Positions 41,343-53,869 of a DNA stretch of 64,000 nucleotides are shown here, piece by piece. The number at the start of each line of letters is the position of its first letter. The stretch's first letter is position 1. The notes under the pieces are model-generated. The model did no database searches and was not told the origin of the DNA. It saw only the letters and a program-made list of their open reading frames with translations. Source of the stretch: Octopus vulgaris (taxonomy: Eukaryota); assembly GCA_951406725.2 (NCBI GenBank), contig OX597814.1, forward strand, positions 116,870,001 through 116,934,000. The letters are read 5' to 3'. The position numbers and the translations under genes were made by a program.

Positions 41343-41651
41343 TTAGTGTTCTTTCAACTAGAAGATAATAATTAAAAAAAAAAAGATATAAAATACGCGC
41401 TATTCTATCTTTATAATTTGTCCTCCGTATTTACCACACACTCTCTCCTTCTCTTTCTTACATTTCTATTTCTATCTCTCTCATACATTTTTATTATTTA
41501 TTATAATTAGTGTTCTTTCAACTAGAAGATAATAATTAAAAAAAAAAGATATAAAAATACGCGCTATTCTATCATTATAATTTGTCCTCCGTATTTGCCA
41601 CACACTCTCTCCTTCTCTTTCTTACATTTCTATTTCTATCTCTCTCATACA
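41343..41651. repeat. About 164-bp tandem duplication in the putative LINE 5' UTR
   Basis: ttagtgttctttcaactagaag occurs at 41343 and 41507. Confidence 0.9.
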
Positions 41652-42160
41652 GTTTATACCTTATCTGTCTCTCCATCCACCAGACCCTCTATTTCCGCTC
41701 TCACTCTCCCCTCCTCCCTCTCTCTCCCTCTGCCATCGTTTCTCTTTCCGCATCTCTCTCAGATCAACTTTCTCACATCTCACCCCCTCTCAGTTCCTCA
41801 ACTTCACTCATTCCCTCTTGTATCTATATACCGCCCTCTTTCTCTCTCTCTCTCTGTTACTCCCCCTCCCTCTCTCTGCCTCTTTCCTCTCCGCTCCTTC
41901 ACAGGTCAAACCCCTTTTCCTCTTCCCCTTCTGTCCCCTTATTTCTTTCTCTACACCACCCTCCCTGTCCCTTTACTACACTCTCTTGCACCTCTGTTGC
42001 GCCCCCTCTTTATTTTCTCTCTTTCTCTCTTCTCTCAGGACAATCTCCTCGTCTCTCTCTCTATCCCCCCCCCCCTGGCTTTTCACCTTTCTCTTCTCCC
42101 TCTCCATCTTATCTTTCCTTCTCTATCTCTCTCTCTGTTCCTATATTTCACTAGACGAAA

Positions 42161-43043
42161 ATGGCAAGAAACTGGTCTGCGAGAGAGGTGCAATTGTTCA
42201 TCCGCGCTTGGAAGATTGCTGAGGACGACTCGCCAACAATATTATTGCAGCGGCGCTGAAAAGCAACAATTTTTCGAGAACCACCGCCCAGATAGAGCGA
42301 AAGGAAGCGAGAATTTATCCGTTCGTACGCTCTAATCAGGCAACATGTAGACACCCTGGACATCATCCTAGGAGGTGACGGCACCAGGGAAGGCCAAAAG
42401 GATGAAGAAAACATCCAGAACCAAACGGAGAAACCTAGAACACAGGGAAACAATGACACATGTCCAGCTTGAAGACCAAAGAGGTGCGATGGCGGCAAGA
42501 AAAGAAAAGCACCCTAAAATTGATGGGAAACAGGAGGTAAAAGGCGACAAAATCAAAGCTAAAAGAAACCCTGTCCAGAGAAAACAAAAGGACCCCAGCA
42601 AGAACTATAAGGGCAAAGAAAGAAACATCTGCAAATTCTACCTGAGGGGAGACTGCTGGTACGGCGTCGAAGGTGCAAACTGTCGCTTTGCACATCGGAG
42701 GCCCTACCAAAACCGCACGGACGCGAGACAGGGGTCCCTCCCTCAAGGAGAACAACAAGAAAAAGTTAAAAGAAGGGAAAAAAGCGCACTGACCACTACT
42801 GAAAGACGGTATGCAGATGTGGTGCGCGGAAACCCAACAGGTGGCCAGCTTCACCCAGATGTGAGAAGGGCGGCAGCTGAACAGCAATCTTTTTTGTGCA
42901 TGGCACAAAAAATTGTTCAGCAGCTGACCTGGCTACAAACACAAAGCTGGAACTACCACCACATAAGGCCACCTCCAACAGATGCAGGATGGCCACCACA
43001 GACACCAACACCAACACACACACCACAAAAATATTTCTCCTGA
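42161..43043 (+). pseudogene. LINE ORF1 (frameshifted): Myb/SANT-like N-terminus, basic region, CCCH zinc finger
   Basis: MARNWSAREVQLFIRAW.../IAAALKSNNFSRTTAQIERK; CKFYLRGDCWYGVEGANCRFAH in ORF 42375-43043. Confidence 0.7.
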
Positions 43044-46000
43044 ATGTAGGAGGGCTGCTGCGCGGAAACTGTAAAAAGAAAATTTAATTCCTGAGAGACC
43101 TTGTGACATGCAATGAAGCTATATGCATGGCACTCACAGAAACGCATCTTGAACCCGATATAGGTGATGCAGAAATACACATGCCGCAATATGCAGTCAT
43201 ACGCACAGATAGAAAGGGAGGAGCCATGGTGGAGTTGCAATGTACATCCGAGATGACCTCACGCCCCAGGTCCTGCTGTCATATTCAAACTCAGTATGTG
43301 AAACTCAAATTGTACACATAAGACAACTGAATATCGTCATATGCACTACATATCGCCTACCAGATGCCCCAAAACACTCAGGCATGTTTGAAGACTGCCT
43401 AACAAAAATAGGAGAAGTCCTCACCAAGCCTTGAACAGCACAACAGTGTATTCTTCATGGGTGACTTTAACCTCCCCAATGTGGAATGGCCTGGGGGGCA
43501 GATGCTCCCAGGGATGACACACCATCAGCAGGCACAGGTGGAGTCCCTGCTCCATCTCACAAATGCCTCTTTCATGGAGCAAATAGTTCTGCAACCAACA
43601 AGGGCAGATAATATACTGGATCTCTGCTTCACAAACAATATGGATATTATCCATAATGTTAATGTGATGCCGACAATGATCTCGGATCACAACATAATAG
43701 AGCTGTCTATGTATGGAACAAAAGCCCCCGTAGACACACAGCCTATACGAAGCACCCACCATCTCTCCAACTTAAACTTTCATAAAGCCAACTGGAAGTT
43801 GATTGAGAAAGAGATCCTCAAACAGGATTGGCCTGAATGTCTCTCCACACCGGACATAAACATGAAACACAAACACTTCATGTCCATAATACAAGCCATA
43901 TGTGACAAATATGTCCCAGTGTGCAGGGCCAGCACACACAAGAACAAAAACAGGATCCCTAGAGAAAGGAGGATTCTTATGAGACGACGGACATGGATTG
44001 CAAACCACCTGAGCAAGCACACCAAAAGTGGTGAGAAGTCTCGGCTCGAAAGAATGCTAATGGAAACTGAGAAAAGTCTACATCAGTCCCATGAAAAGGA
44101 GAGAGCAGATAAAGAAGCTTGGGTAATAGAAAATATAAAATCAAACCCTAAAGCTTTCTTTAAGTTTGCCAAAGAGACAGCTACAGTGCACCAGAGAATA
44201 GGACCTCTCTTCCAAAAAGATGGCTCTGTCACAGGAAATCCCACGAGGATAAGTGAAATACTGAACGAACAGTTCCAAAGTGTGTTCACTACACCTCTAG
44301 GACACAGGCAAGTAAACAACCCAGAAGAATTCTTTGCCACTTTACCTGCGGCCAAAGAGACAAAAATTGAGTACATCAACATCGAAGATGATGATATCAC
44401 ACTAGCCATTGATGAGATTGACACAAACTCAGCTGCTGGACCTGATGGATTCCCAGCGATCCTTCTCAAATCGTGCAAACGAACCCTTGCAAAACCGCTA
44501 CAGCTTCTTTTTCAGAGCTTTCTTGCATGTGGTAAGCTCCCAGTCAAATTGAAAGAGGGGGTAATATGCCCTATCCATACGGGAGGCAGCAAAGCAGATG
44601 CTAAAAATTCTAGGCCTATCTCTCTGACCTCACATATCAGCAAAGTCATGGAACGAATAGTCCGTAAGAAACTAATCAAGTTCCTTGAAGAAAATGACTT
44701 GCTGTCTGACACCCAACATGGATTTCGACCAGGTAAAGGCTGCCTAACACAGCTCCTGCAACACTATGACTGGGTGTTGAAACAGCTATTAAATGGCTCA
44801 AATGTGGATGTAATATATCTCGACTTTGCAAAAGCCTTTGATAAAGTCGACCATGCTATGATCTGTCACAAACTGCGTGGTCTCGGCATAGGCGGGAAAC
44901 TTGGAGAGTGGCTGCACAACTTCCTAAAAGACAGAAAACAGGCAGTTCTGAGCAATGGAGCCACCTCCAAGGAAACGCAAATAACAAGCGGTGTCCCACA
45001 GGGCACTGTCTTGGGGCCACTGATGTTCATAGTGGCCCTTTCAGACATGCCTTCAGTTGCTACGATGACCACCCTTGCTAGCTATGCAGATGACACAAAA
45101 GTCTCCCACGCAATACAAAACCCTGAAAATATTGCGCATCTGCATCATGAGCTGGACACAATATACAGGTGGGCTGAGGACAACAACATGCAGTTTAATG
45201 CAGGTAAGTTCCAGGCCCTGCGCTACTGGCACACAAAGGTAAATGACGTGAAGACTGGATACACTGGCCCAGGAAGAATTGCAATCCCTGAGTCAAAATC
45301 AGTGCGTGACCTGGGCATTGACATGAGCAATGATGCATCTTTCCAAATACATATTGCTAATCTGGTGATAAAATGCAGACGGCTAGCTGGATGGATTCTC
45401 CGAACTTTCAGAACAAGAGAGAAGGAGAAACTGATGGTCCTATGGAAAACATTCGTCCTCAGCCGCTTGGACTACTGCTCCCAACTTTGGTCACCACACA
45501 ATATAAAACTAACAACAGAACTCGAAGCAATTCAGAGAAGCTACACAAAGAAAATCGTCTCAATGCAAAATATCAGCTACTGGGAAAGACTGAAGGTATT
45601 AAACCTCTTCTCCCTAGAGCGGAGGCGGGAGAGATATGCGGTGATATACATCTGGAAAATCCTGGAGGGTCTTGTCCCAAACTTTGGCATTCAAAGTTAC
45701 TCCAACCGCAGAACGGGGCGCCACTGCATGGTGCCAAGGATTCCAACATCACCATCAAAATACAGGTCCAGATACTGCAACAGCTTGGGTTTCAGAGGAC
45801 CACAGCTCTTTAACATCCTCCCTAAATGTCTGAGAGACTTACATGGTGTGGATGTGGGTTTCTTTAAAACTAAACTGGATCTCTTCTTGTCGGGAGTCCC
45901 AGATGAGCCTACCTCACGACAGGAGACGCGGATGCGGGCAGCAGCATCGAACTCCCTTGTTGATCAAGTGCCACGTATCAGAGGTGGATTCACAAATTAG
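42989..46000 (+). pseudogene. LINE ORF2, APE endonuclease and reverse transcriptase (N-terminal stop and frameshifts; 43457-46000 open, 847 aa)
   Basis: LNVGGL, TET, GGVAMYI, GDFN, LDL and SDH (APE); RPISLTS, QHGFR, YLDFAKAFDKV, GVPQGTVLGP, YADD and DLG (RT); SYWERL...SLERRR C-terminus. Confidence 0.93.
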
Positions 46001-46094
46001 TGTAGCTCATTCAGCGGTGGTGCCCCAGCATGGCCGCGGCCTTCGGGCTAAAACATTTTTAAGGATTTAAGGATTTATATATATATATATAAAT

Positions 46095-47103
46095 AACGCG
46101 AGTGTCGCGTTGCTCTCAAGCAACTATGCCGTCCCGGGTCGACCTTGAGCGACTCCAACACAACCAAAGCACTCTATAGGGGAATAGTGGAGGGGAGGTA
46201 CGACGACGATGTCGGGCCGAACCTGGACGTGGACGACGAATACCTTACCCGCCTGTCCACGACGACTTTCGGGCCAAGACCCATGGCTAACTACCAGATA
46301 TCCCTGGCATGGCAGTGCTACTGAGAAGCGCTACCCGTTCGGGATAAGCTATACAGACACGGCTCGGAAAACACGGGGCCGACCTGCCCGAGATGCGGTC
46401 TGAGCGACGAAACTGTTCTACATGCACTCGTGCAGTATCCAACCATTTCCGGTCTGTGGGCTTATGTCGAACGACTGCTGTCACGTATGGGACAAGTCGG
46501 TTTATCAGCCGAATCTATCGTCAATATTGTCACGCCTCCTTCCTTCAAACGGGAAGGAAGAGCTATTTTCATCATTCTTGTGGCTATGGCGAAATTATGT
46601 ATCTGGTGGACGCGTCTGAAAGGATTAGAGCCAAACACTTTCCTCTCTGGTCAATCTCTCATCAACTTCTTCAAGTATCACTTGAAAAGGAAAGTGAGAG
46701 TAGAGAGACAAGTTTTGTTTCAAAAAAAGATGGGTGAATGTAGCAATGATGGCACGTATGAATGACGAAGCCACCTTGAGCATAATCCTATGAACCCGGA
46801 AAAATCTAAAACAGAGAGTTACTTACTTGCAAAGGGAGTTATTTACTTGACATTATTGACCGAGGTTACCGTGGTCTTTTCCGTAGTCTTTTCATTCCAC
46901 GGATAAACCTTATTTTCTTCCCCCTTTACACTTTACATCAGGACATTTCTGTGATACACGATCCCTATTGATCTTTTTTTTATTTCCTTTTTACGATCCC
47001 TTTTGGTCGAAAACCTACCCCGATTTTTGTCTCCCCCAAAAGAAAAGCTCTACTTTGTAATTTGTCCAGTCTGTATGCAGCCCTGTGTGGCTAATAAAGA
47101 AAC
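46095..47103 (+). mobile_element. 3' fragment of an L1/Tx1-clade LINE
   Basis: PVRDKL...CPRCGLSDETVLHAL (zf-RVT-like), T-rich 3' UTR, aataaagaaa end before (TCTA/TCCA)n. Confidence 0.8.
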
Positions 47104-47104
47104 A

Positions 47105-47179
47105 TATCTATCTATTATCATCTATCCATCCATCCATCCATCAATCCATCCATCCATCCATCCATCCATCCATCTATCC

Positions 47180-47243
<64 letters not shown>

Positions 47244-47375
47244 CACTATCTATTTATCTAACTATCATCTCACTATCTATTTATCTAACTATCATCTCAC
47301 TATCTATCTATCTATCAATCTATATCTATATATCCCTCTATCTTTCTCTCTCTATCTATCTAGCTAGCTATCTAC
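47105..47375. repeat. (TCCA)n/(TCTA)n microsatellite
   Basis: Direct reading. Confidence 0.9.
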
Positions 47376-48437
47376 CTGACTGTCGGTCTGCATGTGAGTG
47401 TCAGTGTGTGTGACTGTGTGTGTAGGTGTATGTCTTGGTGTGTACATATATTTATGTTTCTGAATGTATATGTCTGTGTACTGTTGCTATAAGCGAAAGT
47501 TTGTGTGAATATATTTGTCTAAATGTATGTATATGAGCACCTTTTGCCTATAATATAAACTGATGAAAATCAGATATAGATAAAGCTAACTGCTAGCTCA
47601 AATTAAGCATTTGGATGTATATGAGAAAAATCAAGGCAGTGCTCCAGCATGACCACCGCATATTGGTTGAAATCAGTAAACCATTTTAGCATTTTTTTCT
47701 TGCATCCTATTTTTCAGTTGCATATCTTTAAAATCTATTTTCCTTTAATTTTCTTTTCAGACGCAAAGATTCTATTTATAATTAAAATAAAATATGTAAC
47801 ATGAAGAAATTATTTGACAAGTTCTATTATTCATATAATCTTTCACATTGGTTGCCGGAACGAATTAATTTTTTTTACTGGAATTAGTTGCTATGACAAC
47901 TTCGGAAATTATTCTGATTTCCCGTTAATTAGATTCACTGTAATACAATAAATCATTTGCTTATTTCAATTGCTGGCTGAATATTTGAGAGATAGTAATG
48001 TACATTGTTTTGTTTACTATCTATTCCCACATATTCGTATTTTTGTCTTCATGGTAAAAGCCAGTTTTATAAAACACGTTTTCAAAAACATTGTCTCCTG
48101 TACCATATTAAAAATCCTCTTTACTAACATCAAGGGAATCTGATTCGTTCAACATTACTCATTAATTATTTCTGTCAGATTTTATCTTAAACATAGAAAA
48201 TGCAAGTGTTGCAATTACCTGAAGTGTTTATGTGTCACTCCTTGTCCAGTATTCCGAATGTATATTATTAAATGTTTTATTTAGAGAGCACGTTACAGGA
48301 AAATAAGTTTCACTTCATTTATGATCCCCAATTCAGACCCATTTTCTCTACATTGATTTATAACTGTAAATGTGTGCATAATATTTGCAAGCAATATCAT
48401 GTATTAGAACAGCACCAAAATATATTTCAAAAAGCTA

Positions 48438-48843
48438 ATAGGCGCATGAATGGCTGTGTGATAAGTAGCTTGCTTACCAACCACATGGCTCCGGGTTCAG
48501 TCCTACTGCGTGGCGCCCTGGGCAAGTGTCTTCTACTATAGCCTCGGGCCGACCAAAGCCTTGTGAGTGGATTTGGTAGACGGAAACTGAAAGACGCCCG
48601 TCGTATATATGTATATATGTATATGTGTGTGTTTGTGTGTCTGTGTTTGTCCCTCCCAACATCGCTTGACAACCGAAGCTGGTGTGTTTCTGTCCCAGTA
48701 ACTTAGCGGTTCGGCAAAAGAGACCGATAGAATAAGTACTAGGCTTACAAAGAATAAATCCTAGGGTCGATTCGCTCGACTAAAGGTGATGCTCCAGCAT
48801 GGCCGCAGTCAAATGGCTGAAACAAGTAAAAGAGTAAAAGAAT
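48438..48843 (+). mobile_element. Full-length tRNA-derived SINE family A
   Basis: A-box-like tggctgtgtgataag, B-box-like gggttcagtcc, internal (TA/TG)n, LINE-like tail gctccagcatggccgcagtc...gaaaca(agtaaaag)n. Confidence 0.92.
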
Positions 48844-50019
48844 ACAAAACGTACTGCACTATTGTACGCTATTACTAGTATCCGTGCTGCAACACGTATT
48901 ATGAGATACTGCAGAAGAATATAGATTTTTAGGTGACAATACATGTGTAAACTTATTAAAATTAATTAATTACTCTGCATAATTAAATATATATATCGTA
49001 TTTTTTATACACTTTCACTTTGGACATTAAAAAATAGAAGGATCAGCTTGATTAGTTTCACCTTTTACTGACTAGTTTTCGCAATGGTAACTGATACAAC
49101 ATCGCTACTCTTATTAAAAGCTTCAGCAATCTTCTATACAGATTTTGCATGAATGACGCATACTTGGTAGTTTGATTAACAAATCACGGCTCGGTAGTGT
49201 TCGTATGTTATACAGCTGTACAGGCTAAGTTTAATCAATTAAAATCTAATTAAACTTAATTAATTACAGTCTAATGAAAATTTATTAAATTACAAACGCA
49301 TGAAGCCTTGGCTTAGATCATATTGGTTTAAATATACAGCGCATCATAATCTAATAAAAAATACAATTACCTCGTCAGAAATTAACCAATGCCAGTCAAT
49401 GGTTTGAGATATATTCATTCATCAACGTGATAGAAGCATTTACCCATAAAGTGCCTGTGGCTAATAATATATATTCACACCAAGGGGTGACTGGCAGAAT
49501 TATAAGCATGCTGGGCAAAATCCTTGACGGCATTTCGCCTAGTTTAAAGTTTTGGTGTTCAAATTCCACCGAGGACGACTTTCATCATTTCGGGGTCAAT
49601 GTAATCGACTTACACCATCTCCCTCCAAATTGCTGATCGTGTACCAAAATCTGAAACCAATTTGCATTCAAATTCTTTATACTTTGCGCAAAGCTCTTTA
49701 CACAAATAAGGCATCATGATTCTCTGCTTACATTTTATAGCATTCTACGTATTCTTACGGTAAATTTCAATCTCCTTAATATAACCATATATTTATGAGT
49801 ATTGTCACATTCCTTCTCCGAATATCCTACGAAATTGATGTGCATTCATATTTTATTCTTTGTGGCAATTTCAGATATATATTAATGGTAATAGGAAACA
49901 TATTACATCAAACATATTAACAGAAACAATTTATATGGTCCTAAGAGACGTGAAATTCATATGACAGAAATACACTTTTGAAATTTGCTGGAGGCACAGG
50001 GTATAATATACTTGTCTAA

Positions 50020-50930
50020 TCTAGGCACAAGACCCACAATTTGGTGGGAGGGGACCAGTCGATTAGATCGGCACCAGTACGCAACTAGTACTTAGTTTAT
50101 TGACCCCGAAAGGGATGAAATGCATGGTTGACCTCCGGGGAATTTGAACTCAGGACGTAAGGACAGATGAAATACGTATTTCTTTACTACCCACAAGGGG
50201 ATAAACACAGAGAGGACAAACAAGGACAGGCAAACAGATTAAGTAGATTACATCGACCCCAGTGCGTAACTGGTACTTATTTAATAGAATGTCGATGTAA
50301 TCTACTTAATCTGTTTGCCTGTCCTTGTTTGTCCTCTCTGTGTTTATCCCCTTGTGGGTAGTAAAGAAATACGTATTTCAGCTGTCCTTACGTCCCGAGT
50401 TTAATAGAAGGCGGCGAGCTGGCAGAAACGTTAGCACGCCGGGCGAAATGTGTAGCCGTGTTTCGTCTGCCGCTACGTTCTGAGTTCAAATTCCGCCGAG
50501 GTCGACTTTGCCTTTCATCCTTTCGGGGTCGATTAAATAAGTACCAGTTGCGTACTGGGATCGATATAATCGACTTAATCCGTTTGTCTGTCCTTGTTTG
50601 TCCTCTTTGTGTTTAGCCCCTTGTGGGTGGTAAAGAAATGGTACTTGTTTAATAGGCCTCGAAATGATGAAAGGCAAAGTCGACCTCGACGGAATTTGAA
50701 CTCAGAACGTTTTGGTGGACGAAATACCGATATGCATTTCGACCGGCGTGCTAAGGTTTCTGCTGGCTCGACGCCATTCCATAAAGGTATATTCTTTTCT
50801 ACTCTAGGCACAGAGCTCAAACTTTTGCGGGAAGGGGCCAGTCAATTAGGTCGACCCCAGTACGCAACTGGCACTTAATTTATCGATCTCGCGTTGTTGA
50901 AAGGGAAAGTAGACCTCGGTGGAATTTGCA
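50020..50930. mobile_element. Rearranged cluster of SINE family B units in both orientations
   Basis: Minus units at 50020-50280, inverted copy at 50290-50400, plus full copy at 50410-50639, minus units at 50640-50930. Confidence 0.9.
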
Positions 50931-51219
50931 TATACAGGAATATCGATATTTGAATTTTATATATAAAGCTAATATGCTTATATACATATTAAATACATAA
51001 AACGAAATCGCTAAATACACACTCACACACACAGACACACATACACACAGACGCACACACACACACACATATATATAATATGGATTCACATAAATACATG
51101 CATACTCTCAAATATTTATACACATATATAGTACATAGATGTATGTCAAATAGATGTATATGTTACATATATGCATATGTATTTACGTATATGTATGCGT
51201 GTATATATATATATATATT

Positions 51220-51451
51220 CTTTTATACTTTTAATTGTTTCAGTCATTCGACTGCAGCCATGCTGGAGCACCGACATTTTTTAGTTGAACAAATCTACGC
51301 CAAGGCCTATTCTTTGAACGCCTAGTACTTATTCTATCCGTCTCTTTTGCCGAACGACTAAATTACGGAGACGTAATCTCACAAACATCGGTTGTCAAGC
51401 GAAGGTGGAAGGACAAACACAGACACACAAACACATATATACATTAACAGA

Positions 51452-51508
<57 letters not shown>

Positions 51509-51652
51509 GACTGTCTTCTTTCAGTTTCCGTCTAACCAATCCACTCACAAGATTTTGGTAAGCCTGAGGTTATAGTAGAAGACACTCGCCCAAGAAGAAC
51601 CCGGAACCATGGCTTGTAAGCAAGCTACTTACCACACAACCACTCCTACGCC
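51220..51652 (-). mobile_element. SINE family A with expanded internal (TA)n
   Basis: Tail 51220-51430 and head 51508-51652. Confidence 0.85.
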
Positions 51653-51945
51653 CATTTATATATACACACACACTTAGACATACACACACACATACGCATA
51701 TATAGTAATGCCTCGATATACGAGTGAATTTGTTCCCGGAGACAGCTAATGGAAGTGAAAACTCGTAAAGCAGAGCAACAATATCCCATAGTAGCAATGT
51801 TATAAATCGTAATTGGATCCCAGAAAAATATTTTACCTATGAAATGTGTAATTCTTCTAAATAAATGGCAATAAAACAACAGTAGAATATAAAGAATATT
51901 TTAAGTAAAGTGAAGAGAATGTTAAGATCATTTCTAATTAAACAG

Positions 51946-51972
51946 TATTATTGTTATTATTATTATTACTAC

Positions 51973-52063
<91 letters not shown>

Positions 52064-52135
52064 ATTATTATTATTATTATCATCATCATCATCATCATCA
52101 TCGTCGTCATCATCATCATCATCATCATCATAATC
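51946..52135. repeat. (ATT)n/(ATC)n microsatellite
   Basis: Direct reading. Confidence 0.95.
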
Positions 52136-52605
52136 AAGGGATTCATCTTTGCCATAAAGTTTGAGGTCATCCATGAATAAGTAGTTGAATTTTTGGGGGC
52201 GGCTTTTGAATATATACCCAGCCTTTGCTTACCTCAGTATATGTGTTATTGGTATCATGCACAGTACAAATATTAGTGGGGATAGGCCGTCCCCATGGAA
52301 GATGTCTCTACTGATTTCCATTGTCCCTAAATTTCTTCCATATGCTGTCAGTTCCGTCCTCCACGTCGCCATACTTTTTCCGAGTAATCGCTCAACATGA
52401 CATGGCTAAGTTAGATTCCTTGCTGTCTCTAAGTACAGTTTTGGCTATCAGGAGTTGATCCTTGGCACATCTGCACTTGTGCTTGCAACCCTTCTGCTCA
52501 TGTGGCAGGACTCCATTTTTTTCCAGATGTCAGTACATGTGGCAAGCGGGATATCGCCTGTAATTGCCTTTTTCCATGTTTCTCAAGCACAACACTGCCC
52601 TACAC
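52136..52605 (-). pseudogene. R4/Dong-type RT internal fragment
   Basis: IFHGDGLSPLIFVLCMIP...NYLFMDDLKLYGKDE on the minus strand. Confidence 0.8.
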
Positions 52606-52627
52606 TGTATATATATATATATATATA

Positions 52628-53042
<415 letters not shown>

Positions 53043-53123
53043 CAATTACACCGTGGAAGGTGTTTGTAAGCCATTTAAGAAACACACAAAACACGTTCGA
53101 TTCGCTTCAACATTTAAGTTTAA

Positions 53124-53174
53124 TTTGTCAAAATATTTTCGTCGCTTTAAGACTGCGACCTGTTCACTGACAAA
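53124..53174 (-). ncRNA. Minimal type I hammerhead with G3-C8 swapped core
   Basis: tttgtca-GTGAACA-g-gtcgc[agtcttaaa]gcgac-GAA-AATATT-T-tgacaaa; stems I and II are perfect. Confidence 0.65.
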
Positions 53175-53623
53175 AATCCGTGCTGCATCTGAGAAAGTAA
53201 CAGTTAGTTCGTTATATATATGTACGTATGTAAGTGTGTATGTATGTATGCACGCATGTATGCATGCATGCATGTATGTATGTATGTACGTACGTACGCA
53301 TGTGAGTATGTATGTATGCATGTTTGTATATGCACGCACACATATATACATATATACATGTGCGTGCATATATACATATATACGTATATACATATATAAA
53401 TATATACGTGTGCGTACATATACACAGATATACATATATACACACATACATACATACATACACACATGCGTACTACCTACATACATACACACATGCGTAC
53501 GTACCTACATACATACATACATGCATGCATGCATACATGCGTGCATACATACATACATACACACATACATACGTACATATATATAACAAACTAACTGTTA
53601 CTTTCTCAGATGCAGCACGGATT

Positions 53624-53674
53624 TTTGTCAGTGAACAGGTCGCGGTCTTAAAGTGACGAAAATATTTCGACAAA
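53624..53674 (+). ncRNA. Minimal type I hammerhead with G3-C8 swapped core (second arm)
   Basis: tttgtca-GTGAACA-g-gtcgc[ggtcttaaa]gtgac-GAAAATATTT-cgacaaa. Confidence 0.6.
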
Positions 53675-53830
53675 TTAAACTTAATTGTTGAAGTGAATCG
53701 AACGGGTTTTGTGTGTTTCTTAAATGGCTTACAAACACCTTCCACGCTGCAATTGTGTTCGTTTCAACACACGATCTCAGAGCAAATCACTTGCTATGCA
53801 AGTACATCTCCGTAGTATATGTATATATAT

Positions 53831-53869
<39 letters not shown>

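Noticed and set aside
41582-42335. Three overlapping Ser/Leu/Pro-rich ORFs
   Set aside because: Products of a pyrimidine tract; only sequence from ATG 42161 looks protein-like
43457-46000. Intact active or domesticated RT gene
   Set aside because: The 847-aa frame lacks the N-terminal half of the APE domain, which is broken by a stop (43085) and frameshifts; ORF1 is also frameshifted
51703-51830. Tigger/pogo-like terminal sequence
   Set aside because: Only one putative end is visible and no matching TIR was found
51910-52174. Poly-Y/H, poly-I/M and poly-D/N ORFs
   Set aside because: (ATT)/(ATC) microsatellite; only the MDDLKLYGKDE start is real and belongs to an RT fragment
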